A stretch of DNA of 62,267 nt, the filler included, from Sphacelaria rigidula (lineage: Eukaryota), in NCBI GenBank assembly GCA_964200075.2. It is 5 parts of 5 records of this genome, joined end to end, with 100 filler letters (N's around TTAATTAATTAA, not from the genome) between each part and the next. Parts side by side here need not be neighbours in the genome. Positions count along the whole stretch, not along the records: positions 12,476 to 24,849 come from CAXNAA020003841.1; positions 24,950 to 37,322 come from CAXNAA020003842.1; 3 more parts are not named here. One strand, given 5' to 3'. The notes under the pieces were generated by a model. That model searched no databases, was not told the origin of the DNA, and saw nothing but the letters and a program-made list of their open reading frames with translations. Positions 12,476-25,582 of the stretch are shown in pieces. Position 1 is the stretch's first letter. Each line of letters begins with the position of its first letter. The translations under genes were made by a program, and so were the position numbers.

Positions 12476-15310
12476 CTCATCTGGGTACAGCTCAGATGCT
12501 TGGATTCGGGCCGCAAGGCCTGCTGTTTCGATGATACCTAACGCTCGCTCTGCAACACCGTTGAACTGGGGTGAGTCGGCAGTTGTCTTCTCCTGCTTGA
12601 TATTTTTCCTGTCACACAGTTCACCGAATGCACCCTCCAAAAATTCACCCCCGTCATCGCTACGGACTATATCAATTTTTCTCGGGGAGACCCATGCAAT
12701 GTATTTCGCGAAGTATATCTTTGCCTCATCCTTCTTCCGGAGGAAATACAGCTTTGTGTGCCGTGAGTGATCATGTCGGACCATCATTGTGTACGACTTT
12801 CCCCCATAAGACTTGACTGGTTTCGGCCCAGAAAGATCTACAAACACCCTAGGCGCTGACTTAGCTGCTCTCGTGTGCGTCGATCTTGGAATCGGCGCCC
12901 GCAGTCCCTTCGCCTCTGAGCAGCCGCGGCAGGGCTGCAGCTCCCCAGCCAGTTGGTTTCCCTGCTGCTTCGCCGTCTTCCTCCGTAAATCCTCGTGGAC
13001 GTGGGCGTGGGAACAGTGAAGTTCGTTGATGTCAGCGGTCTGGGGGCTAGGTTAAGCCCCCGGGGCAATAACAGCATATGCCGAAGCACACATGTCACTA
13101 CAACTTTGGTCGAGGCGACGGGCGTACATTCTGAGTTGACGTGGTTGTCCGGGTATATTCAGTGTATTGCCTGAATTGAGATCTACCCTGAAACCTGTAC
13201 GACAACCAGTGTAGGTGTATCCCATGTGTTGGACCCTCGTGGGTGACAAGAGGTGATGACGGACACCAGGTACTTGGTCAACATCCACTACTTTTAGGAT
13301 TACATCCTGTCCGTCAGATCTGAAGGCAAGAGACAAATTTCCTCTGCCTACGATCGGGTAAGTACTGCCTCCCGCGCACCGTAGTACCCTACCCTTGCAC
13401 TCTCTGTACTCCGCCATCCCATGGGAATCGTGGTAGAAATGCTGGGTAGCCCCCGTGTCAAACATCCACGGTTCGCCCTCACCCTGCTGACTATCACCCC
13501 CCCCCCGATCAACACTCAATGCATACTCGCCTGTGTCGCCGTTGATGGTGGTGTCGAGAGAGGTGTCGCCGTTGAAAGCCTCCCCATCCGCCACCGAACA
13601 GACGGAGGAGCTGTCGCTGTCGTCGGTCGTGCCCATCGCCATCACCACGTCTTCTTTCTTCGCTGTCGATCTCGGACAGTCCCAGAACGTGTGCCCCTGC
13701 TGATCGCACCTCCCGCAGTATCTCTTCGGGTAGTTCCTGGCCCGATGCGTCGTGTCCTCGTCGCAAACGTGGCAGCGGAGCAGCTGACTAGTCGCCGGTT
13801 TGCCGTCCGACGATACCGACCCAGAGCTACTTGAACTCTGACTCCCGCCGTTTTTCTGACCAAAGCTCTGGGATTTTCCCGGTTTCCCTTTGCGGTGTGC
13901 ACCGCTCGGTTTCCGGTCCCACCCTCGGCAAGGAGAGCGTGGTTGCCCGGGGATGACTTCTTTCCCCGGGCAAGTTCCTGCTTCGAAGATGTTGATTCGG
14001 AGCGCTTTCGGATCGAAGTCAACGCAACCTCCCGTGTCAACGGTCCCTCTCGATCCTCCAGCAGTTGCTTCTGGATGTGATACTCGAAGGGCAACGCGTT
14101 GAGGAATTTCAAGATAATATGGTTTCCGCTTAGTCGTTCATGCTCCTCGTATGAGTTCAGGTTACGTGCAATTTCTTCCATCTCGAGAAGCTTCTGCTCT
14201 GGATCATCACGGACACCAATCTTGACTCCATCGAAGTTATCCAACAAAGCGGTTCTCGCTCCATCTGTTTTGGGGCGAAAGACGTCCTCGAGTGTTCTCC
14301 AAACCGCAGCAGGTGAGTGGATTCTAAGCAAAATGTCTTGCTCTCTCCGTTCTTCTAAACTAGCAACAAGCATACGTCTCACCCTCACGTTGGCTGCCAA
14401 TATGTCTTTTCCATGTCTCCTTTCCAGATATCCCATTTCTGATTCAGGATTACGACATCTACGTCGTGCGACCTATCGCCGGCCATGATAAACACCCAGC
14501 CAATTCCTCAGCCCCTCGCGAAGTTGACCAGTTCATGCCTGTACCGAGCATAATCAGCGCTCTTCCCTGAAATGTTTGGAACGTTCTGTCGAAAACGGGA
14601 ACCCCTGACACATTTCCACTTGTATCGTTTATTTTGATTTACTCGCGTGCGGGGACAAAGCCCCTAGCTTCGTCACTGGTGGCCTTGTTGTCCGTTGCGT
14701 CGCGCGCTCCGTCCTCTAGAACAGCTTGACTCCCGATGTACCGTCGCTCTCTTCGAACTCCAGCACCACGTCGCTCCACTGTTCTATTTATGTTGAATTC
14801 CCCCTGTTGACTATGGGAACCTTCACTATCGAGGACGCCGTTGTTTTCTGCGCCCCCAGCCTCTCTTACTGCCCTCATATTGTCCATGTTGCTCTGTAAT
14901 GTAGCTTGGCTTAGCTGCATATCACGCAAGAGCTGAGCCAAGGAACTGATCTGACTACATAGTCCCTGCAACTGCTCAGTAACACCCTGCTCACCGATAA
15001 CTGTAGCAGGCCCATCACCCTGTTCTGCCATTCTGCCCAACCGGTTGTAACACTAGTGTATTCCGTGGTCCGTGGCGAAGGATAGATAGTTTTATCTTTT
15101 GTATTATTGGAGATTTACTAGACTGAGTCGACCCTATGATAGAGGGATCAGATGTAGAGTGGGCTCAGCAGGCAGCGTGGTAGCTACCTGAGCGGGGTAC
15201 TGTAGTCACACACAGTTGACTACTAGTACCCGTGCGTCTCTGCATAGATCTATCCGCACATGTGCATGTTCCCTCAGTGTATCTGTTCACATGAACAGCG
15301 ATAACTGACA
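12476..15310 (-). mobile_element. Ty1/copia LTR retrotransposon, 5' part (gag, zinc knuckles, protease, integrase), frameshifted and truncated by contig end
   Basis: Gag-like ORF 13642-14436; knuckles CHVCDEDTTH..NY and CGRCDQQGHTFWDC at about 13670-13795; protease WMFDTGATQH; pre-integrase H..H...CRGC; integrase core VFVDLSGP...IVRSDDGGEF...DSPQFNGVAER. Integrase directly follows protease, the copia order. Candidate 5' LTR 15046-15310 (TGT...ACA) is less certain. Confidence 0.93.
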
Positions 15311-16099
15311 CGAGTGAAAAGTCTTTTAGATCAAGTGGATATCAACCTGCATTTGCGTGAAGCTGTCTTGGGGTATCTTGCTTCGGACACGTTTTACGAG
15401 CTGAGTTGTGCTGATTGTCGGATCGACCGATCCATCTGTGCACAACCTGGGGGGTGCTGCCCTGAAGCACGCCTGACAATTGATAACCTCTTCACACAAG
15501 CTCGAATTGCCGTGATGTCTTCGGCGGCGAGTCGCATGAAATGTGAGCTGCATCCTGCTAAGATTGCTCGCTCCGAAGCGTATGGATTACCTTTGCTTAT
15601 CGTGGTACCACAGCAGACATGCAGGTAGTTATTGGATTGTTTCTACTCTTCACTTCGAAAGTGCGTATGTCCGCAAACGACGACCACTGTGCTTGATCCC
15701 AACAGCTCCACCATTGCTGTCGACGCAAACACCGTCTAGGAAAATTGACCACACCAATCTACGGCGTTTTTGACTCGACGGCATGGCCTAGGGTGTCACT
15801 TGAAAGGTTTCTGATTACTCTCGCACGCTTGCGAGCGTTATGGCGTGCTCACAGGGCAGCGCTGCGAAGTGCTGCGCTGCCGTCCGAAGTATTTCGACTT
15901 CTCCTCACGTGAAGCTTCGGAGAAAAAACAAGCCGCTTGATTTTCGGCGAACACCGAGTGCCGGGTCTAAAAACGCCTAATAGTTCAGGGATCTACGAAA
16001 AAACAGTATCGATAACAATGGGCCTTTGATTTAGTAAAATCCAAGTCGCGACTTGGAATTATTAGCATCCCAATACACTGAGGTATTTCTTGGCAACGA

Positions 16100-16401
16100 T
16101 GTTTTTTTGTTTTTTTCCTCACTTTTTTAACCCATACCCTTCCTCGGGATGAATCTCAAGGGATTAATCCATCTCTCCCCCGGTACGCGCCTTTCATTTT
16201 GGTCTTGCGGATTGAGTCAGCACTCCCGCACCGCGTCAACTCACGTCATACAAACCTAGTCGACTACTTTTTTTACTCACGTTCTCACGCTTTCCACGGT
16301 GGAAATCATACATGACGAGGAAAAACCCCAACGCATCGGAAAGCGAACCCGCGTTCTCTCCACCCTAATGGCGACAGTCGGACCATTACACCAACGGGGC
16401 G
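16100..16401 (-). mobile_element. tRNA-derived SINE family A
   Basis: Minus-strand head with A box TGGTGTAATGG and degenerate B box GGTTCGCTTTCC, A-rich tail; homologous to 36154-36421. Confidence 0.7.
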
Positions 16402-18700
16402 CAGGCGGCAGTACAATTTACCTATAACCCGGTGGCATGCACCAGCGGCCACCTGCTGGGTTATGCGTAGATGTCGTGTTCCTCGTCTGCAACGCTGCCG
16501 CTATCGAAATCAGGCACACGTGTTCAGTGCTCTCGCAGCCTGCACCCAGCCGTTACCCTACGTGCAAAGAGGAGGAACATGGTCGCGTTTATGCGAGTTT
16601 TAATGCTGCTGTCATCATATTCACGTGATTCCAGACTTGGAGATTTGAAATTTGAAGTGTTCGCGGGCACATGCTGGTGATATGACGCTACGGTGCTGAG
16701 CACAACGACGTGGTGATAGTCGGAGCACCCTTCCCGTACGTCACGAAACCGGTTGCATCATGCGATGGTTTCGACGATGGCTGAGGACTGTGAGTGTATT
16801 CCAGGTGCCGTGGTGTCAATACGGGGCACATGGGACGAACGCTCATAGGTACTCAAAATGCGACCCGAGTTGGATGTAGCTATAACTATATCCAATGCGC
16901 GACTTGGATCGAGCATTACCCTCAAAGGAACTATTTCGTTCGTGAACATTGTCGCACAGCGTACCGTTTCCCAAGCCACATCATCCGCGTAGGACGGGTT
17001 CCGAGCGTCGGAGTAGATAGTTGTTCTTCCCGTATATTTTTTCAACGAAACCTCGTAACAACAGTGAGTGATCCCTACCGCTAATGACCAGCCGTGCACT
17101 GCACGTCGCTTAGAATACTGTACTCTACCAAAACTGTTGAGGCGAGAAAACCTTCTAACATGACACACACGTGGACACAAACCGCCACTACCTCGGCCCG
17201 CGCAGCGAACATTTCTCATAAATATATTCCCATAATTTCCACCTCTTAATCTGCAACGTAATCCGTACACGCAGTTTTTTAATCAAGCAACGAAAACATG
17301 TAATTGCCCAAAACTTCGCACAGAATCACCGCCGGACAATAACGAAGCAAGAAAGGAACGAGCCGTCCGGAACACGCACACAACAGCCACCATCTTGTGT
17401 CCAGACACATTCTGGAAAGAAACGGCGCATAGGTTACGAAATCTCTGGTGAAATATGTTCAGAACCAAAAACCTCCGTAATGGATGATAATCAAAAGATA
17501 GATTAGACCGAGTTCGAATGGCCCTGCAAGCCATCCTCTATCTAGCGCAGGTCGGCTGTACTCATTTTGGCCTGCATTGCACAAAACACCCCGAGAAGAA
17601 AAGGCCAAGTATACTGCTGCTACAGTTGAGCCCCATTAGCCAATAATTATGTTTTCTCCGCGATGTATTGACAAAACGAAAGCAAGCGCTTTCCGAAATA
17701 TCCATAGACACAGATCACGCCCGCAAAAACAATAAAGAAAGGAATAAAAAACACTGACACACACAGGGTGCGCTATGAGTACTCTCAAAAAAATAGGACC
17801 AGCAACAACACTACTTGCACTTTTACTCAGCACTTCTGCTACTGTAATACTAGTAGGCTAAGACGACGGTCGCCGCTGATGGTGCCGTTATCGCTTATTT
17901 TCCTACAAAGCGAAGCTCGTAAAATGCCCCTTGTGAGCAATCTCCATTTGGACAGCAGTTTCGCCGGGATAAGGAATCTCTGACAACGCACGTTTGCGAT
18001 TCCGGATTCCCCGTGTTGTTGAGAATTTCTCCGACATCATTCGACCGACTCGACGGTTCCTGTTCCCCCATAGCCTGCACGTATTGTCCACCGGATGAAT
18101 TGTATACACGGCCAGCCGTCAGGACGTCAAACGTAGAAAAACCCCGGCTATGCCCGATAAAAAAGATACCGCGACACAGCGAAGTAACTCGGAAAAAAGA
18201 AACTATAACGTGATGGACTTTCGTGTTACAGCCAGAATAAGAGCATCCATATTTTGTTTGCAAAGAGGCTTCGAGTAAGCTTCAAGGACTATTCCAGGAC
18301 TGGTCCATGAACATCCTAGCATTCTTCCAGGCACTTTCAATAAATCTTCCTGTAGAACATGCCTAACCCAGATAATTTCTAAGATAGCCCGCCCAAAAAC
18401 AGTGGCTGGTTTAGGGAGGCTTTCAGGAAGGCAAAAGCTACATATAAATCGAAATGAAAGACGCCGGGCTCAACGAGCAGCTGGGAAAATCCACGCTTGG
18501 GTTCGTTTTCGCCAATGTCGCCCATATGAGGCGCTTTGTGCAGCCTGAAACCAAACATCTGGTGCTGTATAACCGTTTCCTTCGCGACAGTATTGGGCTG
18601 GTTTCCAGGGAGGGTGCATCGTAGAAAGACCCCCCAGTAACCGCTCCCCAGATATCCCAGCGGAGATTCAAAAATGTTCACGGAGAATTCCAGCAGTTTC

Positions 18701-18854
18701 CTAGAATGTTTCCAGCGACTTCCTCGCCGTGAAACCGCGGAGGCGACGCCGACTGCCCACGCAACCTGAGGTGAAGCTCTGCGGCTTCCTGTCTGTCCCC
18801 AGGGGAAACGGTTCGCTAGGACACATAGCCAGACCGTCGGCATCATCATCAACG
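18701..18854 (-). CDS. Mucin-like Pro/Thr-rich, Cys-rich putative cell-surface protein, terminal exon
   Basis: Acceptor TACTACAG|C; phase 2 matches the preceding exon; encodes (S)VDDDADGLAMCPSEPFPLGTDRKPQSFTSGCVGSRRRLRGFTARKSLETF*. Confidence 0.7.
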
Positions 18855-19781
18855 CTGTAGTAATAGCATACCAGAGCAAGGAATGGCGGAAAACGGGAGG
18901 GAGAGGAAACAACAGACATCAATCCCCTTGACTTGTGTCTACATATGACAAGATTTTCGTGAGATTGTGAGTCTAGCTTCAAGTTGAGAGTGAGTGGTTT
19001 GACCATTTTTGGAATCGGCAGGTTAATGTGGCCCTGATTCGAACTCTGACGACCATGGGGTCAACATTTCAAAACGTTAGTCGTTGGATATATAATCCGA
19101 AAGCAATTAAACGCTGACAAACGATTATTTGGAACTGCGACGGATCAAGTACCCTACACTCGCATTCAAAGTATACATCGGAAAATATTTTTGGCATGCA
19201 TGACATCATGTACGACAGGTATCATAACCTGCTGAACGTATACCAGCGCATTGATGAGAGGAATGTTTCGATGGTTGGTACGTCCATTCCTATTTTATCA
19301 TTGCTAATTCAACAAAACGGGTCGTTCTTATCATTACTCATTAGCGTTTTGTCAGCGAATGAAGGACATGAAAATAACGCCTTCCAATCAATATCTTACT
19401 TTAAGTCGTAAGCTAGGTTCTCAATATTACGAAACCCTTGTCGCACGCAACTACGGATACGTTTGTGCGGAAACGATTTCGTACTCAACCCCTCGACCGC
19501 CAGGGTAGGCCATTTGTTGAGTCGGCGTCATTTACAGTTGAAAAACACGGCAAATGATGCCGACTCAACAGATCGCCAATCCTAGTGGTCAAAGAGTCAA
19601 GTTCCGTGCGAGGAATAAAATTCGAGTCCTGTACCAAAGCACGGGACAGACAAGGAGGAAAAATCCAAAATCTAACGGTTTCGCAAATCCAGGCGTTGTG
19701 ATTATTATCGGTGGTCGGTGGCGGTGGTGGAGGTGGTGCTATATCAACCTTCATATCCTGAACACTTTGAGATGAGCTCTC

Positions 19782-20037
19782 GAGTGATGCTACGGTAGGG
19801 GTGCACAGATATTTCCTGAGGGTGGAATTCCTAGGAGCCCTCTATCTCATGCAAAACACACCTTATGAAATATGTGAGAGTACACAAGGATTACTATATT
19901 AATGTTCAAGGGATATCCCGAATCAACTTGCAAACGGGGATGCTCTGACTCATATTCTTGCGCATCTAGAATCGTCAGGAGCCCCTGAACCAGACAAGAT
20001 TTTACGCAAAAAGTGCACCCCTATCGTAGCATTACTC
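19782..20037. mobile_element. About 250-bp MITE in intron
   Basis: TIR GTGATGCTACGGTAGGGGTGCAC...GTGCACCCCTATCGTAGCATTAC; second copy at 61755-61997. Confidence 0.75.
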
Positions 20038-20480
20038 TCGCCTTACAAAAAAACTGGAAACGAAAAAAAGGAAACACTCGCTTCAACGTAGTCAGGGAAC
20101 GATCACGTGTCTGTAGTATTCTGCGTCAACCCGCCGATACTACAGTTGATTGCCCACGGATAGGGCACCTGAGAACGACGCGGTCGCGTTGACAGGGTAC
20201 AAACAACACAAAAAGCATGTCCAGAGCATTTTGTTCGTAAGGAGTGAGGGATAAGGAACGTTGACAACTACCACCCCACACTCAGTACCGTGTTTTTCAC
20301 ACAGAAAGCCCTAGGTGGGTGCACGGGTTTAGAACGTACTTGCTTACAGTAATACAGCTGCGGTTTCAGATATTTCAATGTCGGCTGCCAGTCGAATTTT
20401 GAGGGACATGTGTGCGTATCGTATCATTTTTTCACTGGAAACAATTCTCCAACAATGTGTGTATACACTATCATACTAAA

Positions 20481-20902
20481 AGAGTCTGGATCCCTTTTTG
20501 AGGTACAACATTTTAATGAGTTTCAACTCGAAAACAGCGCCTTCCCTGACCTAAAGTCATGACCAAAGAATTTAAAATGGACGACCTCATGCCCCCTGAT
20601 CTCCTTAAAATTATATTCGAGGGTTGCCCGTCTTCCGTTCCCCCGAAGTGCATATGCGAAAGCACCAATTTGGGGCCAAAAACGTCCCCTTTTTCGCCCC
20701 GATATAAAGGCGAAAAGGTGCTTTCGCACATACGCTTGGGGGGCACGGAAGACGGGCAACCCCCGAATGTAATTTCAAGGAGGTTGGGGGGCATGAGGTC
20801 GTCCATGTGAAATTCATTGGTCATGACTTTTGGTCAGGGAAAGCACTGTTTTCGACTTGAAACCGATTGAAATGTTGAACCTCAAAAACGGATCCAGGCT
20901 GT
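20481..20902. mobile_element. Fully palindromic foldback element (about 420 bp) in intron
   Basis: CTGGATCCCTTTTTGAGGTACAACATTT... pairs with ...AAATGTTGAACCTCAAAAACGGATCCAG; arms about 190 bp; mirrored ORFs on both strands in the ORF track. Confidence 0.8.
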
Positions 20903-20937
20903 TCTAAGGTCGTCATGAAATAACTTGCACCGTTTAC

Positions 20938-21086
20938 CTGATGCCAAGGTCCGAGTAGTACTCCTCTACCGCGTCGCAAGACTCGTAGCAACCGCGGCAA
21001 TCGAACGCGGTGCCAAACTGGTTGCAGTGCAAGCCCTCACAGAGCTCCTCGTACACGACCCACTTCCTCTCGTTTCTCAATGTATC
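20938..21086 (-). CDS. Mucin-like protein, Cys-rich exon
   Basis: TTTTTGTAG|GAT ... AG|GTAAAC; 149 nt, phase 0 to 2; encodes DTLRNERKWVVYEELCEGLHCNQFGTAFDCRGCYESCDAVEEYYSDLGI. Not in the supplied ORF track. Confidence 0.8.
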
Positions 21087-22800
21087 CTACAAAAACCGAT
21101 AGCAGCGCGAATTCCGTTACAAACAGTTGGGTGGGGGATGGGGAGGAAGAGGCGAGGCAAGGGGGAAATGGAGCGCCGTCGGTGGTGGAGGGGAAGAGGC
21201 AGAGGCTACGTTTTGGCGCCCCGTCGCAGTCAGACAGTCTGTGATGGTAGGCTATCATCAGATGGCACTAATTCGTTGGAACGGTGGACAGGTAGACGAC
21301 GGAGTGAGGATGAAGGGTGAGTGTCAGGGGAGGCTTGTTCTGCGTGCCTCGGAAATTACACGGATGGCAACTAAGAAGGTAATTGGCGCACGTCACGCAT
21401 GTGTGGGGTACGCGACCCACGGTACTGCTTCCAGTCGATCGTGCGTGCAGTTGTTCAAAACCTGCACACTCGTACCCTTCGATTTAAGCCGAGACCTGCG
21501 ATGACAGAGATGCCAGGTGAGCTGCAAATAGTTTCTCACCAATTTCACAGTGGGCGCTGTTTCACCTGTTTGTTTTTGTTCCGAAGAAGCACGTTTTCTG
21601 TGTAATTCATGGGCAATTGATCACAGGAGCCCTCTCAAGATTTTCACGCCTTCAACTAATAATGTTACGCTGTTGTCCAACTACGTATCAAGACCACTAT
21701 CCACAAAGGTCAACTCTGGTTCGTGGGAGCCTTTGTTCGGCAGAAGAAATCACGCCTTCCTCAACGCATCATTACGGACGGTCAACCGCACGAGGGCCCA
21801 GGGCCGCGCCGCACCCTCAAACGATGGAAGGAAAACCTCCACGAGTACCTACGTGTACTAGGGGTTGTTCCGCACAAAGGAGCACGACGGAAATGAGTCG
21901 TCTACGGTGTTGTAACGATGCATAATACTGGCTCACTGCGACGAACATGGGCAACTGGCATGTCGGACTCGGAAAAGGAGCAGAAGAGTTTGGGGGCATG
22001 TGAATCACCGCACGTTCTCAAGGTTTCGTGACGAATTCTAAGCTGTTGAGTTGATGGTCCACGATTGATTGATAGATTGTTTGACTGGTTGTTGTGCATG
22101 TACTGGACCGTTGTGAACACAGCCGTGGTGAAAAAATGGACGAAGGTGCGTCTGTGGGTACGACGGAGGCGGGAGGGGGGGAAGCATCCGTGACTATCGC
22201 GTACGCAAAATTCTGGGAAGAAAACAATTAAACATGTCTCATGTGGCGAAAAATACCGATATAGGGGCGGATTGCTGTTCAAAACATTACTGCAGAGTGC
22301 TTGTAGCCGGCTTGAAAGTGCGTACAAATGTAAATGTTGCACAAGGCAAATGCTACGAACACCGAGTGAATAACCACGCATACTTCTCGTGCACGTTTTC
22401 TTGGGATACGTGAAACTTCTAACCTGCCGAATATGTCGCTAGTGAAGCATAGGAAGAAGCTTTTGAAGATAGAATAATATAACAGTCACCCATGTCGACC
22501 ATCATGCACCACGACATGGACCTGCTAACATCTAGTCAAGTAGCCACTGATGTCAACGGAAAAAGGTGTCCATGTACCGGGTACAAAGAGTAACGAAAAC
22601 ACCATGTATGTGGTGGATATCCGTAACTATTATCATCTCTTAGTCGGAACCTCTACCCTACCCTGTTGCAGTCCATTGACCGTCATGTCGAACCGACTGC
22701 GAAGTACACAACTTCTAAAAGGTATCAAATACATTGTCGGCACCATTTTCCGCAAACGTTCCATGTATCACGTAGTACCTGATAAATACACAGCACTAAC

Positions 22801-23691
22801 CTCCTGGATAGATGTCAACCGCTCCACACAATCGTCCGTGGAGTCGACGGGGTCTTCACTATCTTCATCTTCGCTGTCTTCGCTGTCTTCGCTGTAGTCA
22901 TCACTTTCTTCGCTATCATCAATTTCTTCGCTGTCATAGCTTTCTTCGGTCGGGTCGAAGTCGAAAGAAAAGTCCATCTGCGGGCTCGGCGTTCTTGAAG
23001 CTGTGGACGGTGAGGGGGTGTTCATCGTAGTCGTCTGAGGGCTAGGAGTTGGCTCGAAGATCGGCGAGGGGGTATCCACGGTATCCGTCTGAGGGCTGGG
23101 TGTTGGTGCTGAGATCGGCGAGGGGGTGTCCACCATAGTCGTAGAAGGGCCAGGGGTTGCGGCTGAGATCGGCGAGGGGGTATCCATGGTATCCGTCTGA
23201 GGGCTGGGTGTTGGTGCGGAGATCGGCGACCAGGTGTCCTCGGTAGTCGTATGAGGGCTGGGTGTTGGCGCTGAGATCGGCGAGGGGGTGTCCACCATAG
23301 TCGTAGAAGGGCCAGGGGTTGCGGCTGAGATCGGCGAAGGGGTATCCATGGTATCCGTCTGAGGGCTGGGAGTTGGTGTGGAGATCGGCGCAGGGGTGTC
23401 CACCGTAGTCGTATGAGGGCTGGGTGTTGGTGTTGGGGTCGGCGAGGGGGTGTCCATCATAGTCGTAGAAGGGCCAGGGGTTGCAGCTCGGATCGGCGAG
23501 GGAGTGTCCATGGTATCCGTCTGAGGGCTGGGAGTTGGGGTGGAGATCGGCGCAGGGGTGTCCACCGTAGTCGTATGAGGGCTGGGTGTTGGCGCTGGGG
23601 TCGGCGAAGGGGTGTCCATCGTCGTTGTTTGAGGGCTAGGCGCTGTGACCGAGATCGGCGAGGGAGTGTCCAGCATGTCATCTTCCCAGAT
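22801..23691 (-). CDS. Mucin-like protein, exon with 18-aa DTPSP repeats and acidic tract
   Basis: TATTATCAG|ATC ... GAG|GTTAGT; 891 nt, phase 0/0; 12-13 repeats of DTPSPISAPTPSPQTxTM then a D/E/S-rich linker. Confidence 0.85.
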
Positions 23692-24097
23692 CTGATAATA
23701 GGGTGAGGCACAATACAAAAACCAGACGGAGGCCGCGAGGAGGAGGAGAGGTGGAGGTGTGCAAATGTTTGTGAGCAGAACATTATCTTCAAGTACTGCG
23801 AAACATGTTTCTATTGAACAGGGGGGGGGCTGGGGGTTGGCGTGGGGATGTTCACATGCCTTGGGTGTTAGACTGTTGATGACGCGTCCTCGATGGCTAG
23901 AATGTTGGCCTTCATAAAGGGCTCATCGATCAATGATGTTCGGCGCTGCTTTGCCATGTGTGGCTAATAACGATGTCACGTGTCCGCCATAGTTTATGCC
24001 CTTCTGTTTCAGGCCATTCCCTGTCTTGATACCGCGCGTTGGATATCAGATTAATCATACTGTTACACGCAACCAATTAACTCATGTGTCCTCGTAC

Positions 24098-24849
24098 CTG
24101 CGTCAGATCGTCTTCGTCCTCATCATCTCCCAGGAAATACGAGAAGTCCACGGGCAAATCGGTGGTAATCGGTGCTGAAGTGATGATGGTGATCGGTGCA
24201 GAGGTTACAGATGTCACCGGAGCGGGAGTGGTTTCGAATTCGGGAGTAGTCGGAGCAGTCACGGGCGCCGGTATCACAGGTGCGGGGGTGGTGGGTGCCA
24301 CGGGTGCAGGAGTGATCTCGAGCTCTGATGTAGTCGGCGCAATGACGGGCGTCGGTGTCACAGGAGCAGGGGTGGTCGGTGTCGCTGGTGCAGGGGTAGT
24401 CCCGAGCTCGGGTGTAGTCGGCGCAGTTTCGGGCGCCGGTGTCACAGGCGCGAGAGTGGGGGCTACCGCTGGTGCAGGAGTGGCCTCGAGCTCGGGGGTA
24501 GTCGGCGTAGTCACGGGCGTTGGTGTCACAGGAGCAGAGGTGATTGATGTAACTGGTGCAGGGGTAGTCCCGAGCTCGGGTGTAGTCGGCGTAGTCACGG
24601 GTGCCGGTGTCACAGGTGCAGGGGTGGTCGATGTCACGGGAGCAGGGGTAGTCTCGAGCGCGGGTGTAGTCGGTGTAGTCACAGGCGCCGGTGTCACTGG
24701 TGCAGGTGTAATCTCGAGCTCCGGTGTAGTCGGCGTAGTCACGGGTGCCGGTGTCACAGGTGCAGGGGTGGTCGATGTCACGGGAGCAGGGGTAGTCTCG
24801 AGCGCGGGTGTAGTCGGTGTAGTCACAGGCGCCGGTGTCACTGGTGCAG
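24098..24849 (-). CDS. Mucin-like protein, TPAPV-repeat exon (5' truncated by contig end)
   Basis: Open frame of TPAPVT/TPTTPELE repeats with synonymous-site variation, ending CAG|GTACGA at 24098, phase 0. Confidence 0.85.
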
Positions 24850-25421
24850 NNNNNNNNNNNNNNNNNNNNNNNNNNNNNNNNNNNNNNNNNNNNTTAATTA
24901 ATTAANNNNNNNNNNNNNNNNNNNNNNNNNNNNNNNNNNNNNNNNNNNNGACAAAAAAACAGAAAAAGACACGTGACACAAGGAGAGTAGTATAGCCACC
25001 ATGTTAGGGGTTCAGCTCAGGAGAAAAAAAAAAGCCATAGCAATATCAATACGAGTTGTAAGAGTGTGCGAGAACACATGACGCGCGAGAACTACCACAA
25101 AAAAATATTTAGTACCTGGCACCAATTGAATGGCATATATTCTACTGGCGGCGTGTTGTTGGACACGATTAGTGTGAGTAAAGTAAGTATGAAAGTTGTG
25201 TACGAGTACGGAGTGCTTGTTTATTTGGACCAACGGGACTTTACAGCGCTATTTGGTTGTATGTGATCATCAATCATCAAAATTTGGTCATTCTCTGCTG
25301 TCCGTCGGTACCGACTGTTGCGCTGTTGTTGCGCTGACCCAACAGGATCTGATCGGCGTGGCCTCATAACAAGATCTCACAGCTTACGACATTCTTGGCC
25401 TTTGTGAGAAGCAGAAGCAGT

Positions 25422-25582
25422 ATGGCCATACAGATGCCGCAACAGCAACATGGTAGAGGAAGCAAAGTGTGGGTGAAACAGGGCTTAGACTCTCACCGTT
25501 CCGCTCAGGTGCTGCTGGTACCCTTGGGCAATATACCCCGCGACGCTTACCGCAAGTACTGCGACATCTTGCGACGGTTCAG
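25422..25582 (+). CDS. TRS120: TRAPP II complex subunit Trs120/TRAPPC9, exon 1
   Basis: MAIQ...AQVLLVPLGNIPRDAYRKYCDILRRF, donor AG|GTATGC; resembles the Trs120 N-terminus (hydrophobic-V(L/V)P(I/L)G.IP) and splices in phase to 36711. Confidence 0.8.

Noticed and set aside
24084-24905. 273-aa Gly/Val-rich plus-strand ORF
   Set aside because: Antisense shadow of the Pro/Thr repeat exon; splice signals support the minus strand.
24850-25422. Divergent (bidirectional promoter) arrangement of the mucin-like gene and TRS120
   Set aside because: Separated by an artificial spacer between unlinked contigs.
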